Assembly: GCA_049999805.1 (NCBI GenBank)
Contig: JBNGIO010006370.1
Location: 59,329-117,074 of the forward strand
Direction: 5' to 3'
DNA: 57,746 nucleotides
DNA from: Folioceros fuciformis
Lineage: Eukaryota
A program made the position numbers and the translations under genes. Shown piece by piece: positions 1 through 13,404 of this stretch; position 1 is the first letter of the stretch, and every line of letters begins with the position of its first letter. The notes beneath the pieces were generated by a model. That model was given only the letters and a program-made list of their open reading frames with translations. It had not been told where the DNA came from and ran no database searches.

Positions 1-104
1 CCTGGAGGCGACGGCACGGGAGACACGGGCGGTGGAGGTGGCGGTGGTGGCAGCGGAGTCATGGCCGCCATCGGGGAGCCCGGAGGCCCCGGCCGGCCCA
101 TCAT
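1..104 (-). CDS. Possible 5' end of a Pro-rich protein running off the window (MMGRPGPPGSPMAAMTPLPPPPPPPPVSPVPSPP...)
   Basis: GC-rich open frame from ATG at 104 to the window edge; no recognisable domain. Confidence 0.35.
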   Translation of the reverse strand, partial: MMGRPGPPGSPMAAMTPLPPPPPPPPVSPVPSPP

Positions 105-1322
105 CGTGACCTCAACGGAGCTCAGAGCTCGAGCTTCGCCTGCCGTGGCAACTTGGTCGCGCGCACATACGGCAGCTCGTCCGTTGGCGGCAACTTAGCC
201 AGCAACGAATGCGAGGAATGCCCGTTTCGCGAACCCTACAGTAAAGCAAACAGCTATAGCAAGTAGCAAGGTTTTCCTGTCCTGAGTTTTCATCCCTACG
301 AAACGTCAAGGCATGTTCTCACCAGTCAGCTAGCTGCAGCGATGCCTCGTCGAACGCCTTGCTGCTCAAATCAGTGTTCCAGCCTCCGGAATGGACAGTT
401 CTTTCCATGCACCTGTGCCCGGATTTTTTCTCGTTGGTAGAGGCGGCACGCCACACCTTCACGATCCGTCCATCTTCTAACAAGAAATTTCGCAGAAGAT
501 TCTGAACATCCTCTCTCGCCGACTCATGATCCTCTTGCCGGCAATGCTTTCTTGGAGAGATTCCTCTTGTGTGGATTTCTAGGGAGGACACGGTGATAAG
601 AATCACGCTCCTTTCCTCAGCCAGTAGCAGTAACGGCTTGCAGTTTCCCCGGTAGTATCCTGCAGCAAGAAGTTTTGTGTAGAGCTTCCAAGTTCAGCAA
701 GCTGCACAAGTTGATCTAACAACTCGTCGCCAAGATGCCACGGTATTCAAGCAACTCCCCGCTACGTCGACAAGCTGGTCCAAGACTCACGCAGCATTCA
801 GGAAGTCGCTTGATTCAGGGGCTTTTCGAAATGCCAAATGTTCAAAGCTGTGGCAGCACACCTCGAGGGACATGATTATTCAAGTATGGGCATTCAACCT
901 GTTTTACGTTTTTTCCAGCTGGGGAACACCCTTCCAGCTTCCAGATGGCCGTGCTCGGGACGACCTTGGAGGATTCTACAACGCATGAACGACCCGTAAC
1001 AATGTGAGTTGTTCACACAGAGGGATGGGGTATCGTGGGAACTAAGCCAAAACCAACTTTCCTGAGTTCTACTGCCCTCATCTCTCCGGTGAAGGACATG
1101 TTGGACTTAGTGTTGCGTCCTGCCCAGCCAGGCAGTACCTGAGGCCACTAGAAAAACGAACTTGACAATGTCACTGCGAGGCTCTTCGCACACGATGCCA
1201 ATACGAAGGATCCCGTCTCTCCAGACATTCCTTCCGTGACTGGATTCCGAAAGGGACATTTGTGTCATCCTTCTCTTCATTTCGGATACGAGCTCCAAGA
1301 GCAGAACTTAATACGTATGTTG

Positions 1323-3563
1323 TCACTCTCCGCATGTTGTTTTATCTGCAGCCAAAAAACTGTGCACCCATCCTTGCAAGTCTGTCCACCAGCTCTGGCC
1401 TGGCTGTTTCCACGCTCCGATTGCCTTCCTCCTTGCTTGGATCTCCCGAGCCTCCTTCCACATCCGGGCACCAGCGTATATGTTTGACATGGACACGTAT
1501 GCTGCAGCGTTTTTCTCGTCTCGCTTTAGTGCTTCATCAAACGCCTGGCGTCCCACGTACACGTTGCTCCAGGTTCGGCAAGCACCCAAAAGGGTGTGCC
1601 AGACTGCATCTTGAGGCTGCACAGGCATGGTCTGCACCACCGCTAGTGCATTGTCAAGTTGGCCCGCAAGGGCTAACAGGGCCACCATGCACGAGTAGTG
1701 CTCTGTGGTGGGGGCGATGCCGTAGCATCTGCTCATGGCTTCAAAGAAGTGTTGCCCCTCTGTCACCAGACCCACATGACTGCACACAGTCAGTACACTG
1801 ATGAACGTTATATCATCTGGCTGGATACCATCATCCTCTTGCATTCTGTGAAGCAAATCGAACACCACTTCAGCGTTTGCTTCATGGGCGTATCCAGCAA
1901 TCAGTGCATTCCAGGCGACTAGGCTTCTCTCGGGCAATTCATCGAACACTTTCTGCGCATCAACCATGCTCCCACACTTTGCATACATGTGCATCAAACC
2001 GATGGCTAAGAACACGTCAACTTGATGCCCTTGTTTTCGAATCTCAACATGAAGCTGCCTTCCCAGATGCAAGGCTGCAACGTTTGCGCATGGCTGCAGG
2101 AGGCAAGCAAATGTCACACAATCGGGTGCCACGGTGCCTTCTTGCTGCAAAGCTCTGTAGAGGCCGAGAGCTTCCTGACCCATGCCCTGCTGTGAATACC
2201 CTGCGATCATAGCATTCCAAGTCACCACATCCTTGGTCCCAAGTCGGTCAAACACGGCCTGAGCATCCTCGAGGCTGCCACACTTGGCATACATGTTAAC
2301 CAAACTATTGGCTACGACCACATCAGCCTGAAGGCCTTGCTCTCCGATCTGTGCATGAAGCTGCCTCCCTGTCTCCAATGCCGAGAAACCAATACTCGCG
2401 CATGCCTGCAGAAGGCAAACGAATGTCACACAATCAGGTGAAGCGATGCCTTCTTCCTGCATGGCTTCGTACAGGGAAAGCGCTTTCTCACCCTTGGCCT
2501 GCTGGGAATATCCTGATATCAAGGCATTCCAAATCACCACATCCTTGTCAGGAATCCCGTCAAACACTCTATGAGCTTCTGCCAAGCTGCCGCATTTGGC
2601 ATACATGTGCACCAAGGCATTGCAGACAAACAGACCAGGCTCCACCCCAGCGGTCAACACATGAGCATGCACCTCCAGCCCAGTTTTCAAGTCTGCTTCC
2701 CTCGCACACGCCTGCAAGACTGCCACAAAAACATGGCAATCTGGCCTAACGCTTGACGCCCTCATCTCCTGATACAGGTGGATGGCCTGCTTGGCTTGTC
2801 CGTGCTTAACATGCGCAGAGATGATGGCAGACCACGTGAAGGCATCAGGTTCGGAAACCATGGTGAACACATCCATCGCTTCTTGCAACTTGCCATGAGA
2901 AGCATACATCCTTAGGATGTGGTTGCACAAGAGCGTGTCGGAATCATGTCCCTTCCACACAACCAGACCGTGGGCAAGGCGCCCCAGCACCAAATCCTTC
3001 GTAGCCACACACTCTTTCAGCACGGTGTACAAGAGAGCCTGAGATACAGCACACCCTGCCTGCCCCAGAACTCCCACAGCCTCAACAGCTTCCCGGACCT
3101 TTCCCTGCCGACATAGCTTGCACACAACATCAGCCGTTACGCATGTTCCGATCCCTGTACGCCCCTGATGCTGCACAACATCCAGCGAGTTGCACTTGGA
3201 TGCAGGAACCAACGGCACATCCAGAGCAGGCAGCTCTTGCCAACCCCTCTCCACAGCTTGAAAACATTCTCTTTCGCGGGCTGCTTTGGTTGGAACACCT
3301 CGGCCTCTCCGGGCCTGTTTGTCTCCTAGCTCAAAGCTCCAACACAGATCAGCACCAGAGCTCCTTCTACAAGACAACATGGACTGTCCCGAATGTATCT
3401 CTGTCCCCGACTCCACCAGAGCTGTTGCCAAGAGGGGCCCTCGCGCCCTCTGCGAGAACCACGTGCAACCACGATTCTGAGAAGCACCCCTTGACTCGAA
3501 GGAGTGAAGCCTGTACCCAAGATCCAGCTCCACTACTCCAGTTGCCCTTGTTGCGCAAATCAT
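1323..3563 (-). CDS. PLS-class PPR protein with E domains and WW-type PG box (WKQPGQSWWTD); E+ tail frameshifted, no DYW domain seen
   Basis: Repeated P/L/S motifs (LVHMYAKCGSLAEAHRVFD, DVVTWNAMIAGY, PDCVTFACLL), CSHVGLV, HYSCMVALL, W..LLGACR, AAYVSMSNIYA; intronless; start codon uncertain. Confidence 0.9.
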   Translation of the reverse strand: MICATRATGVVELDLGYRLHSFESRGASQNRGCTWFSQRARGPLLATALVESGTEIHSGQSMLSCRRSSGADLCWSFELGDKQARRGRGVPTKAARERECFQAVERGWQELPALDVPLVPASKCNSLDVVQHQGRTGIGTCVTADVVCKLCRQGKVREAVEAVGVLGQAGCAVSQALLYTVLKECVATKDLVLGRLAHGLVVWKGHDSDTLLCNHILRMYASHGKLQEAMDVFTMVSEPDAFTWSAIISAHVKHGQAKQAIHLYQEMRASSVRPDCHVFVAVLQACAREADLKTGLEVHAHVLTAGVEPGLFVCNALVHMYAKCGSLAEAHRVFDGIPDKDVVIWNALISGYSQQAKGEKALSLYEAMQEEGIASPDCVTFVCLLQACASIGFSALETGRQLHAQIGEQGLQADVVVANSLVNMYAKCGSLEDAQAVFDRLGTKDVVTWNAMIAGYSQQGMGQEALGLYRALQQEGTVAPDCVTFACLLQPCANVAALHLGRQLHVEIRKQGHQVDVFLAIGLMHMYAKCGSMVDAQKVFDELPERSLVAWNALIAGYAHEANAEVVFDLLHRMQEDDGIQPDDITFISVLTVCSHVGLVTEGQHFFEAMSRCYGIAPTTEHYSCMVALLALAGQLDNALAVVQTMPVQPQDAVWHTLLGACRTWSNVYVGRQAFDEALKRDEKNAAAYVSMSNIYAGARMWKEAREIQARRKAIGAWKQPGQSWWTDLQGWVHSFLAADKTTCGE

Positions 3564-3779
3564 ACAGCGCAGAGCACACCCGGGACTCAGCCCTCATGAC
3601 TCTGCTGGGCCGACTTCTTCCTCATGGAAATGCATACCTTGAATCATGTCCCCTGTTTCCACTGGTCTCTCAGGCAGCCCCTCTGGCTCACAGTTGTCAA
3701 CTAGGCTAGCGGCTGGCGGCCTTGGACATTCACGTGGGCTTATTGAGCAGATTCGTATCCTCGCGGGGCTTGAAATCGT

Positions 3780-5190
3780 GACCGCACTGTGCTGGCAGGG
3801 GCGGGTCGGGGAAGCTGTGGTATCTCTGGAATTGTCTGTCGTGTTTCTGCATCCATTTTCTGCACCACACGGAACAACTTCGTGGGGGTCTGATGTTGGG
3901 TCGCAGCCGCGTGCACGCTCTGGTGGGCGCTGAAACCGGTAACGGGACGGACACACTCTGCTGCTACCATGTGTACGCTTCTCACGGGAGGTTGGAGGAG
4001 TCGGCGTATGTGTTCATCGTGTTGGAAAGACTGGACCGGATGCCTTCTCTTGTTCTGCCATCATCTGTGCGCTTTGTCGGCTGGAGTTGCCAATCAGCCC
4101 ATGGAGGTGAGAGCGGAGGTCCGTTGTGAAGGTAGAAGGTAGACGGGCAGCCCTGCAGGTTTGTGCGCGGGGAGGAGACTTCGAGTCCCGGCAGCAGGTG
4201 CATTCTCACGTTTCGGGTCCATGGGTTCGAGCCGAGTTTGTTTACATGGAACCCCCTGGAGGACATGCATGTCAATGAAGTGTGGAAGCTTGGAAGATGC
4301 TCGAAGGGTGTTCGACGGCCTTGCTGAGAAGGGTGTGGTGCATGGAATGTTAGATTGCAGGGTTTGCTCAGCAGGGCATGGACAGGGAGGCCCTTCTACT
4401 GTCCGATGAGATGTGGGAAGGAGAAGGCATAGCTGCATCCACTGCATTGACCTGTGTGTGCCAGCTTGCTGGCGTGTGCGGGTGCGGGTGCGTGTGCGGG
4501 TGCGTGTGCCTGTGTTGGGGTTCGTCATTACGGGCTCAGACTTGTGGACAGTCATTACGTTACGGGCTCCGACTGGTGAACATGTATGCACACACCGGGA
4601 CCTTGTCACATGGAATGCAGCCGTGGCTGCTGGATACAGCCACCAAGGAGACGGGTAGGTGGTCTTCCACTTGCTCCACAGGTGTGATCGAAGATCGTGC
4701 ACGGCATGCATCCCGACGGCATCACATTTCATCTGTTACTAACAGTCTTGCAGCCCTTGAGGTCTGGTGCACAAGGGGCGAGCCTTCTTTCAGGCAATGA
4801 GCAGACAACATGCCTTCACCCCCACTTCAGAACACTACGTGCGCATGCATAGGGGATCTTTCTAGGGCGTGCAGGCCAACTTGATGAGGCACTCGGTGTG
4901 ATAAGAAGCAAGCCTATGCATCCTTGTGATGCAACAGGCTGAACTCCTGCAGAAAGTGGAACATGGTACAAATGGGCCGCCACGCCTTCAATGAAGCAGG
5001 AAGTTGGACCAATAGGTTGAAGCAGCGTACAGTATGTGCTCATGTCAAGCAGTAACAGTGATGCACATGTGTGGAAGGAAGCCCTTTACATGCACAGCTG
5101 CAGAAAGGAAGGCCGGGCCAGGCAGCAGCAGGCCAGAGCTATTTGCACGTCTTCCTGGTCGGCCAACAACATTCGTTCAGAAACTGAAAG
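3780..5190 (+). pseudogene. Fragmented PLS-PPR pseudogene, divergently oriented to the 1323-3563 gene
   Basis: PPR remnants scattered across frames: LCWQGRVGEAV, YASHGRLEESAYVF, KCGSLEDARRVFDGL, RDLVTWNAAVAAGYSHQG, DAHVWKEA; many frameshifts; (GTGCGG/GTGCGT)n expansion near 4473-4509. Confidence 0.75.
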
Positions 5191-8100
5191 AATGTATATC
5201 CTCAAGACTGAGATTAGCTTCTCTTCACTGGTGAGCTCAGCACGTTCGATCCCCATGAAAATTTCTCGTGAACGGCAAGCCCAGTGGCAAGTACGTACAC
5301 CAAAAACGGACATATAAGTTATCCGTTCCAACAAAAATATCCTTGTACGGCGAGTCAGAAGTGTGGAAGCTGCAAATCTCGTAGATATAACAACCCAGCT
5401 TTCCGAGAAACAAAAGCAGCACTCTACAGAAGACTACCGAAAGAAAGAATCCCACTGTGGCACTGGACTGAAGGAGGACTGGTCGACAATCATCGTCAAT
5501 GAGAAGACAGACAGCATCCTGGCATCCCACCGGTGAACGGGTCGGCGAGTGTTTGTTTAACATTAACAAGCGGGATGTCAGAGTGCTTGCCCTCTGAACT
5601 GGTGGATGGGGTATCCAAACAGGTGGACTAGGTGGGCTGACTGGAGTGGCTGGACTAGCTAGTTTGTGCTTCTACTTTGTATGGATGGATGGGCGTCTAA
5701 TAATCAGCTGGTTCTGAGCCGTACATGTCTCACTTCAACGCTCCCCATCCTCCACTGAAAAGGAAGGGTCTTCACTTCATTCTAACACTTGCACATATTT
5801 TGAAAGAAGCTGCTCTCATCTGCAATGTAATCACTGGTAGCATAGGTAGCATAGGCATGATAGTTGAAAGCTATTGAGTATTTAAGAGGAGGTCACTTAG
5901 CTCAAGACCATTATAAGTCCAAGCCAAGCAGCTGGCTAGCTAGGTTCATGAAAATCTTGTCCAGGATATATATTCTGCATAGATTGTGCTTGTTCTAATG
6001 TTTGTTACTCACACTTACATACCTTCCTTGGTATGCATACTACATAGATTCCTCTAAGCCTTTAAATTAATGCAGGAATGGCTTCAACTATGATCATGTT
6101 GGAACATTGTTCCATTCCTTGCCCATGCTTCTCCCTTGGTCTTTGATTCTAGAGTTGATTATTACACTTGTTGTGACCTTAGGATTAATCTAGGGTTTAA
6201 ACCCTGAACTCTAAACCTAGGCTTCCATGAGAGTGAAAGCTTACGGAACCTTCATTGATGACATGTAACACGAACATGTAAGAGTCTAACCTTCATGTTC
6301 TCTTGTCTTAGTACTGAAATGTGAAAGCCTCCTCCTTTGACTCCTTTCAAAGGTAGCTAGCTTTTATGGTATCAGGATGGGATGGGATCCTTAGACTTCA
6401 TCCTCCAGGACAACTTTCTTCCTTAGGGCCACTCATCCAAGGTCATAGTACAATTCAATTCTCTACCGTTCATTTGTTGTTTTGACACTCGAATCTATGT
6501 GCATTCTATACTTTGGAAAGGCCGTTCGCAATGGTTATCTTTACTCCTAACCTAGCCCACCCCACCCCACCCCATGCCAATGGAGATGCGTCTTGCTGAA
6601 CAACTTTACCTGCTTAGGTGGGACATACAAGCTTGGGTTATACGTTCATGATTTAGGAGATGGATGGATGTTGGTTGCTCCATCCCGATGCATACCTGGA
6701 ATCTGCCTGGCCTCAGAGATTCTGGAATGCATGAGAGAGTTCCGTAGATACAGTACTCATGGCTCCAAGAGATTGTCGTAGTGCACACGTCTTTATATAG
6801 AAAGTTTATATGGAGCAAGTGGGCGTCGGTGTAGCCTGAACTTGATCGTAGCTGCCATTGTGGAGTGTGCAAGTTTACGGCGAGGAGTTATGGCTGGCGG
6901 GCCACCACGGAGTAGAAGAAGGTGGCTAGTCGTTTGTGAGGTTGTGGGAGTCGTTTTGTGGTGTCAGGGAAGGGCAGGGGCAGGGACAGGGGCGGGGACG
7001 GGGGCAGGGCCAGGGGAAATGACAGCCCGGACCGGAGGCAGGCCAATGAAGCAAGGAGAGCAATAAATGAGGGCGTTAAGGAGCCGCCATCTTTGGCTGG
7101 CAAAGCCGGAGCAGAGCAGAGCAGAGTAGAGGGTAGAAGTAGGCGTAGCATAGAGGAGGGAATAATGGTGGCAGGAAGGATTCTGCTCCGAGGCAGGCAG
7201 GCTGGCTGGCTGGCTGGCTGGCTCTCTTCTGAAGTTCTGAACACTGCTCTCCTATGGTCTGCCCTTCCTTCCCGTCTGCCATGCCTGCCCGCCATACGAC
7301 GCGACGAGGGCATCGCCTCCTTACTCGTGTCAGACGGGGCTCCATGGTCGTCCGGATCCCGCACCCCATGCGCCTCGCCGCCGCGTGGCGCCTACCCGGC
7401 CCCACCGCCTTACCCGCTCACGGTACGGTACGTTACGTTACGTACACACGCATACTTCCCGTGGATGCCTGAGAAGGAGAGAGGAGGAGTGGTGGACCCA
7501 GCCGGGTTGGCCCGGGTTGCCGCATCCCGGGTAGCGCCCTGTAGCGGGCCGGGTAGGCGGTAGGCCGTCGCCACAAAAGAAAACAAAAAGAGGAGAGGGA
7601 GAGGGACGTCGGCTGGCCTGTCTCCGAGGGAAGCACCTCCGCCGCGTCGCCGGTGCGGGTGCGTCGTATGCCTACCCGCTCCGCCTCGCCTCGCCTCGCG
7701 TCCGCCATCTCTCCTTGTCGCCCTGTGGTACGCCGGCGTCGGGGGCTGCATTCCGTTCCGCCTCCGTCGATCGTCGTTTCCTTGCTTCGGGCCCGATCTG
7801 GTGCGCGATTCCAGTCGTCAGTCCGCGCAATCGGACGTGCCTGATGCCTGATTCTGTGTCTGCTGCTGCCGTAGCTGTCGCCATAGCCGATTGTGGACCG
7901 AGTGTGGCCCGGATCAAGAACTCTCGTCGTCTGTAGCTGGTGGCGGAGCTGGTTGGAGCCTGGAAGTGCATCGACACTGTGTGAGGGGTGCACTGTGTTG
8001 GCTCCGGGAGGCGGGGAGAGGAGGTGGTGTGGTGGAGACAGGTTTAGTGTGAGCTGAAAGAGCTGGAGGAAGGGATGTTGGTGAAGGGGATTATGCGGAG

Positions 8101-8301
8101 TGTGGGTGCATTGGGGAGCGGATGATGGAGTGGAGAAGGTGCCTGTTTGAGCGCCAGAGGTTCAGTAAGGATGCGCGGTAGTAGCAAGTGGTAGGGAATT
8201 TTGGACTCCAGTTGGGGGTGGGTCAATTGCGAGGGGTTATGTTAAGGTAGCCAGCTCTGTAGGAGCTCCTTTGCTCCTTTGTCGATTTTGCGGACACGAG
8301 G

Positions 8302-11300
8302 ATGGCGGCGAAGCATTCCAAGAGGCTACATGTCGAAGTGTGCAACGCCCGTGGCCTCATGCCGAAGGATGGCCAGGGTTCCTCGAATCCCTACGTTGCG
8401 GTAAGCACAGTGTGTGTCCTGGGGGCCGGGCTGAGCTGAGCTGAGGCGAGCCGAGCCGAGCCGAGTTTAGCCTAATTGCGGCACCCGTTGCTCACTCTGC
8501 GTCGTTGGTGCTTTACAGGTGGACTTCGAGGGGAATCGGCAGAAGACGAACGTGAAGACGAAGGAACTGAGTCCCACATGGAACCAGAAGGTGGTGGCTG
8601 ATGTGGCCTGGCTGTTAGTGCGCAATGCCTCGGCATGTTTCTGAAAGTGAGTTGCGCGTGTGATGCAGTTTGTCTTCAACGTCATGGACCCTGGGAACCC
8701 GAACCTAGTGCTCGAGGTAAATGTGTTCAACGAGAGGAAAGTCAACAGGCGAAGTGGGTTCCTGGGGCGGGTTCGGATTCCCATATCTGAGGTCCCTCCT
8801 AGAGGCAGGGAGAGTTTGATGTTCTACCGGTTGGAGAAGAGAAGTTTATTCTCCCACATCAAGGGCGAGATTGGGTGCGTGTCTCTAATGCTTACTGCTG
8901 CCGCTTAGGTCTTTGGCATTCCTAGCTCCTTCGTGTTTGCTTGCCACTTTACACTGGTGTCCCACTGATGCTGCTGCTGCAGGCTTAAAGTCTTCATGGA
9001 TGATAATATGCTAGGGGGGCCTCCCCCTATGGTAGTGGATAAGAAAGCACCTCCCGCTGTGATGGCAGCAGCAGCACCGCCAATGTCCATGCCCCCAGTG
9101 AATGTACCTGTCGTTGTACCATCGATGCCTCCCATGCCGCCCGTGCCTCCTGTACCTGTGGCAGCTGCAAAACCTCCTGAGCCCGTTATCGCCAGACCTC
9201 CGGATGTCCACAAGCCAGTGGTGATGGAGACTACGGTCACGGGGCTTTCTTCCGTGGCGGAGGCAGAGTTCTACGTGAAGGAAACCAACCCAGTGCTGGG
9301 TGGGGTGATCAGTGAGTTCAGGCAGCATCAGCACGCCTATGACCTTGTGGAGGAGATGCCCTTTGTGTTTCTCCGGGTTGTCAGGGCCAGGTCCTTGCCA
9401 GCCAAAGACGTTAATGGCAAGAGCGATCCTGTATGTATACGGCTTGCTACCTCACCTGTCGTGCAATGAGCGATTGCAGTGAAAGGTACGCCCACTTCTC
9501 CTAACCATGGTCGTGTGCCTTTACACTTGCAGTACGTGAAGATAATGGTGGGGAGTCTTCACGCCAGAACCAAAACCATACCGAAGAATTTGAATCCGGA
9601 ATGGAATCAAGTTTTCGCGTTCTCCAAAGGCAACCTTCATGGAGGCTCACTTTTGCTGGAAGTGTGGGATGAGGTATGTGACTTCCCAGGATAAGTGAAA
9701 GCTGAAATCGGTGAGGCATGTGAAAGTTGTGAGGCCGATGGAGGAATGGCGGGATACTGATTTGTTCCCTTGACATCCTTCCCTGCCCACGAAACAGGAT
9801 ACGGTCAGCAGGGATGATTTCATCGGATCAGTAATGCTGAATATATCGGAAATTCCCAGGAGGGTGCCTCCAGAGAGTTCCCTTGCACCACAATGGTACC
9901 CACTGACAGACAAGACAGGAGAAGGAAAAGCGAAAGGTGCTGTTCGCTGCTGCTGTTAACTGAACCTTTTCGGCAGATTCTCAACTCCGCAGTGAGACAA
10001 GTTGAGGTGAAGGCTTGTTCTGAATCATCACAAATGCAGGTGACATCATGCTGTCGGTATGGATGGGCACCCAAGCTGATGAAGCTTTCCAGGAGGCCTG
10101 GCAATCAGATACGGGAGGTCAATCCCACTTTCGTTCCAAAGTGTACATGTCTCCTAAGCTCTGGTACTTACGAGTGACTATCATCGAAGCTCAGGATCTG
10201 CATCCGCATGACAAGGGGCGCTTTCCAGAGGCGGTATGGATGCTGTGCTCGGACTTCTTGAGCCGTTGGTTGGGTGTCCCTCGTGATTGCTCACTCATGC
10301 AATTGGATTGTCCTTGTGCAGATTGTCAAGGTACATATGGGATTTCAAACGTACACAACGAAACCTTCTGTGACCCGGAGTACCAGTCCGTTCTGGAACG
10401 AGGAGCTGATATTCGTTGCAGCAGAGCCTTTTGAGGATGTCCTGCATATTCTGGTGGAAGATTTCCATGGACCCAAGAAGGTCTGGAGCAAGCGCTGATT
10501 AGGTGTGATGTGTAGAGCTGGAGTGGCACCGTCTTACCCACGTTTGTTACGCTGAGACGTGTGTGTTACCCTCCTGGCAGGGGGACATCCTCGGCCAAGT
10601 GAAGATCCCAGTCAGGACTATCGAGAGTCGTCCTGATGCTCGTCTAGTGGCCTCCAGGTTTAGCATGTCAACCGGATTGTGTGATGCGTATCTGGACCGT
10701 ACGTTTCGTGTGCTGTGCAAACACTGAGGTATCCGTGAATGCTTGTGTAGATGGTACGTCTTGGACACAGAGCGTGAGAAGGGGACATACAGAGGACGAG
10801 TTCATCTGAGGCTCTGCTTCGATGGTGGCTACCATGTGATGGACGAAGCCTCGAATCGCAGCAGCTGCATGAGGCCCACCGATAAGCTGTTGTGGAGGCC
10901 TTCCATTGGGGTGTTGGAGCTGGGCATACTCGGTGCGACTGAGCTTCTTCCTATGAAAACAAACATCCATCACAGAGGGAGCACTGATGCATACTGCGTG
11001 GCCAAGTATGGGCAAAAATGGGTGCGAACTCGCACCATCACTGAAAATTTCAATCCCAGATGGAATGAGCAGTACACATGGGAGGTTTATGACCCTTGTA
11101 CCGTGTTGACCGTAGGAGTATTCGACAACAGGTACGTGCTCGATGGTGTGGGAAGTTATGGTGCACCCCGTCTTCAGAAAAAGGCTTTCGAGAACGAGAA
11201 ATCATTTTTCGTCCTGAGAACTAGGATGGTGTCTTGTTCTCGAACACTTGCAAACAAGTATTGTGGTTCACTTGAATTGTTGTTCGACGCAGGCATCTCC

Positions 11301-12601
11301 ACAACGGTTTGCTAGAAAAGGTTGATGGACAGATGGACACCATCATAGGGAAGGTCCGCATTCGTCTGTCTACTTTGGAGAGCGATAGGGTCTACACCAA
11401 TCTCTACCCTCTCCTGTTGCTCACACCACAAGGTGTGAAGAAGCACGGTGAGCTGGAGTTAGCAGTCCGATTTTCTGTGGTATCAGTGGTGAACATGATG
11501 CAGATTTACTTGCAGCCCCCTCTTCCTCGAATGCACTACTACCACCCTCTGGATCCGATTCAGATGGAATTTCTTCGCAACTCTGCAATGAAGATGGTAG
11601 AATCAAGACTGGCACGGTCAGAGCCTCCTCTGCGGCCAGAAGTCATCCAGTTCCTGCTGGACACTGAGTCCAGCATGTGGAGCATGCGCCGGAGCAAGGC
11701 CAACTTTTACAGGATCATGGTAAGTCCTTTACCACCTGCCCTTCCTGCTGGCCGTGTCCATCCAGTCGAGGCAGCTCTAAGTGCACTTATCCTCACCACC
11801 GCGAGGTGCCTTCGTCTCTGCCTGCAGTCGGTGCTATCCAGCGTAATCGCAGTGGGCAAATGGTTTGATGACGTGAGCATGTGGAGGAATCCCATCACAA
11901 CCGGTCGTGTGCACGTCCTGTTCCTTTTCTTGGTGTGGTACCCGGAGCTCCTACTTCCGACCATCTTCCTCTATATGTTTGTCATCGGACTATGGAACTA
12001 CCGCTCCCGCCCTAGCGCCCCCCCTTTCATGGACGCCAAGCTCTCTCAAGGAGATGAGGCGGGCGATCCGGACGAGCTGGAAGAGGAATTCAATCTGCTT
12101 CCAACATCTAAGACTCAGGAAGTAAGGAGTCCCTCACGAGCCCCGACCCATTCTTCCCACGCATGACTCACTAATGAATGCTGCTCTTTCCGTCAGGTGC
12201 TCTTGGGAAGATACGATCGACTCCGGAATGTGTCTAGCCGCATTCAGAACTACATGGGTGACCTGGCCACCCAGGGCGAACGCATCCAGTCTCTTCTCAG
12301 CTGGAGAGATCCCAGGTTCGGATTCTGTTCTGCTTGCTCTCCCCGACGAAGCTTTCATTACAAGGCGTCCTGGGATCCAGCTGACAGAATCGACTTTGGT
12401 TCTTGTGCCAACAGGGCTACAGGCATCTTCGTCCTCTTCTGCCTGATCTCCGCTGTGGTTCTGTACGTCACTCCGTTCAGAGTGGTGGCCGTGCTCCTGG
12501 GGATGTATGCAATGCGGCACCCGAGATTCCGAGAACCTCTGCCTCCAGCGCCTTTGAACTTTTTCCGCAGGCTGCCGTCGCTGTCGGACAGCATCCTGTA
12601 A
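8302..12601 (+). CDS. MCTP family protein (four C2 domains plus PRT_C transmembrane region; FTIP/QUIRKY-like), 14 exons
   Basis: ATG 8302 (MAAKHSKRLHVEVCNARGLMPKDGQGSSNPYV); motifs YDLVEEMPFVFLRVVRAR, MLSVWMGTQADEAF, TDAYCVAKYGQKWVRTRT, WSMRRSKANF, DLATQGERIQSLLSWRDPR, LNFFRRLPSLSDSIL*; 13 GT-AG introns with donors at about 8401, 8591, 8875, 9431, 9674, 9937, 10234, 10481, 10658, 11132, 11720, 12122, 12316. Confidence 0.93.
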
Positions 12602-13404
12602 CTGACAGTACCCGCCTCTATTAGCTAACCCGGACTAGTACACTCTACCTTACCCGGACGCCTACCTTACCCAGCACCATGAGCACACCTGGATTACTTG
12701 TGCCCCTTCGTTCCCTCTCTTTTTTGTACATGCCCATTTTCCTCGGGGTTGCACCGATGTACCGATCCTATCTAACACTATTTTGGGCCGATGCAGTGTG
12801 CTGGGCTACCTCTGTCTGTGCCTTCAGGTGATGAATGCCAATTTCCTGCACATTGTTTGGAATGGGGTACATCTATACTCATATCCCGCAAGTAACTCTT
12901 TTTTCTGGATGCGAGAATGGAATTTTGAACAATCTCTGAAGTAACATTGTTTGGCTCAGCGGATATTAGCTAGAGAAATTTGACATGCAGTGCGAATATG
13001 CATTCCTTCTTGCGCACCACATTCAATCCAAAGGTTCACGAAGGCGAGTTCCTTGGAACAGGCAGTCCAAAGATCCATAAAGGCAAGTTCGTTGGAAGGC
13101 ATGGAATTCCACATCTCTTACCCTAGCATTAGAAGGTGAAACACACACACCTTAAACCTAAGCCTGAAAATGCACTATTCTTAATTGGGGCTTAAGGTGT
13201 GAATTGGTAATTTGCAGGTTTAGGGTTCACACTTGAAACCCAATACCTCAATCACCCAATGCGCTCTTTAGTTATCATTGCCCTATTCTAGCTTATGTAA
13301 TGAGTCATCTTCGATCATCCTAGGCTTATTCAAATCTTAAAAAAAGTGTCAAAGGAACCTATTTTCCAAGGGAAAAATCTCAACATTTCTCTTCTTCCAA
13401 GAGG

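Noticed and set aside
6840-8000. Several 100-200-aa ORFs upstream of MCTP
   Set aside because: GC-rich, microsatellite-laden promoter/5' UTR-like DNA with no domain signal
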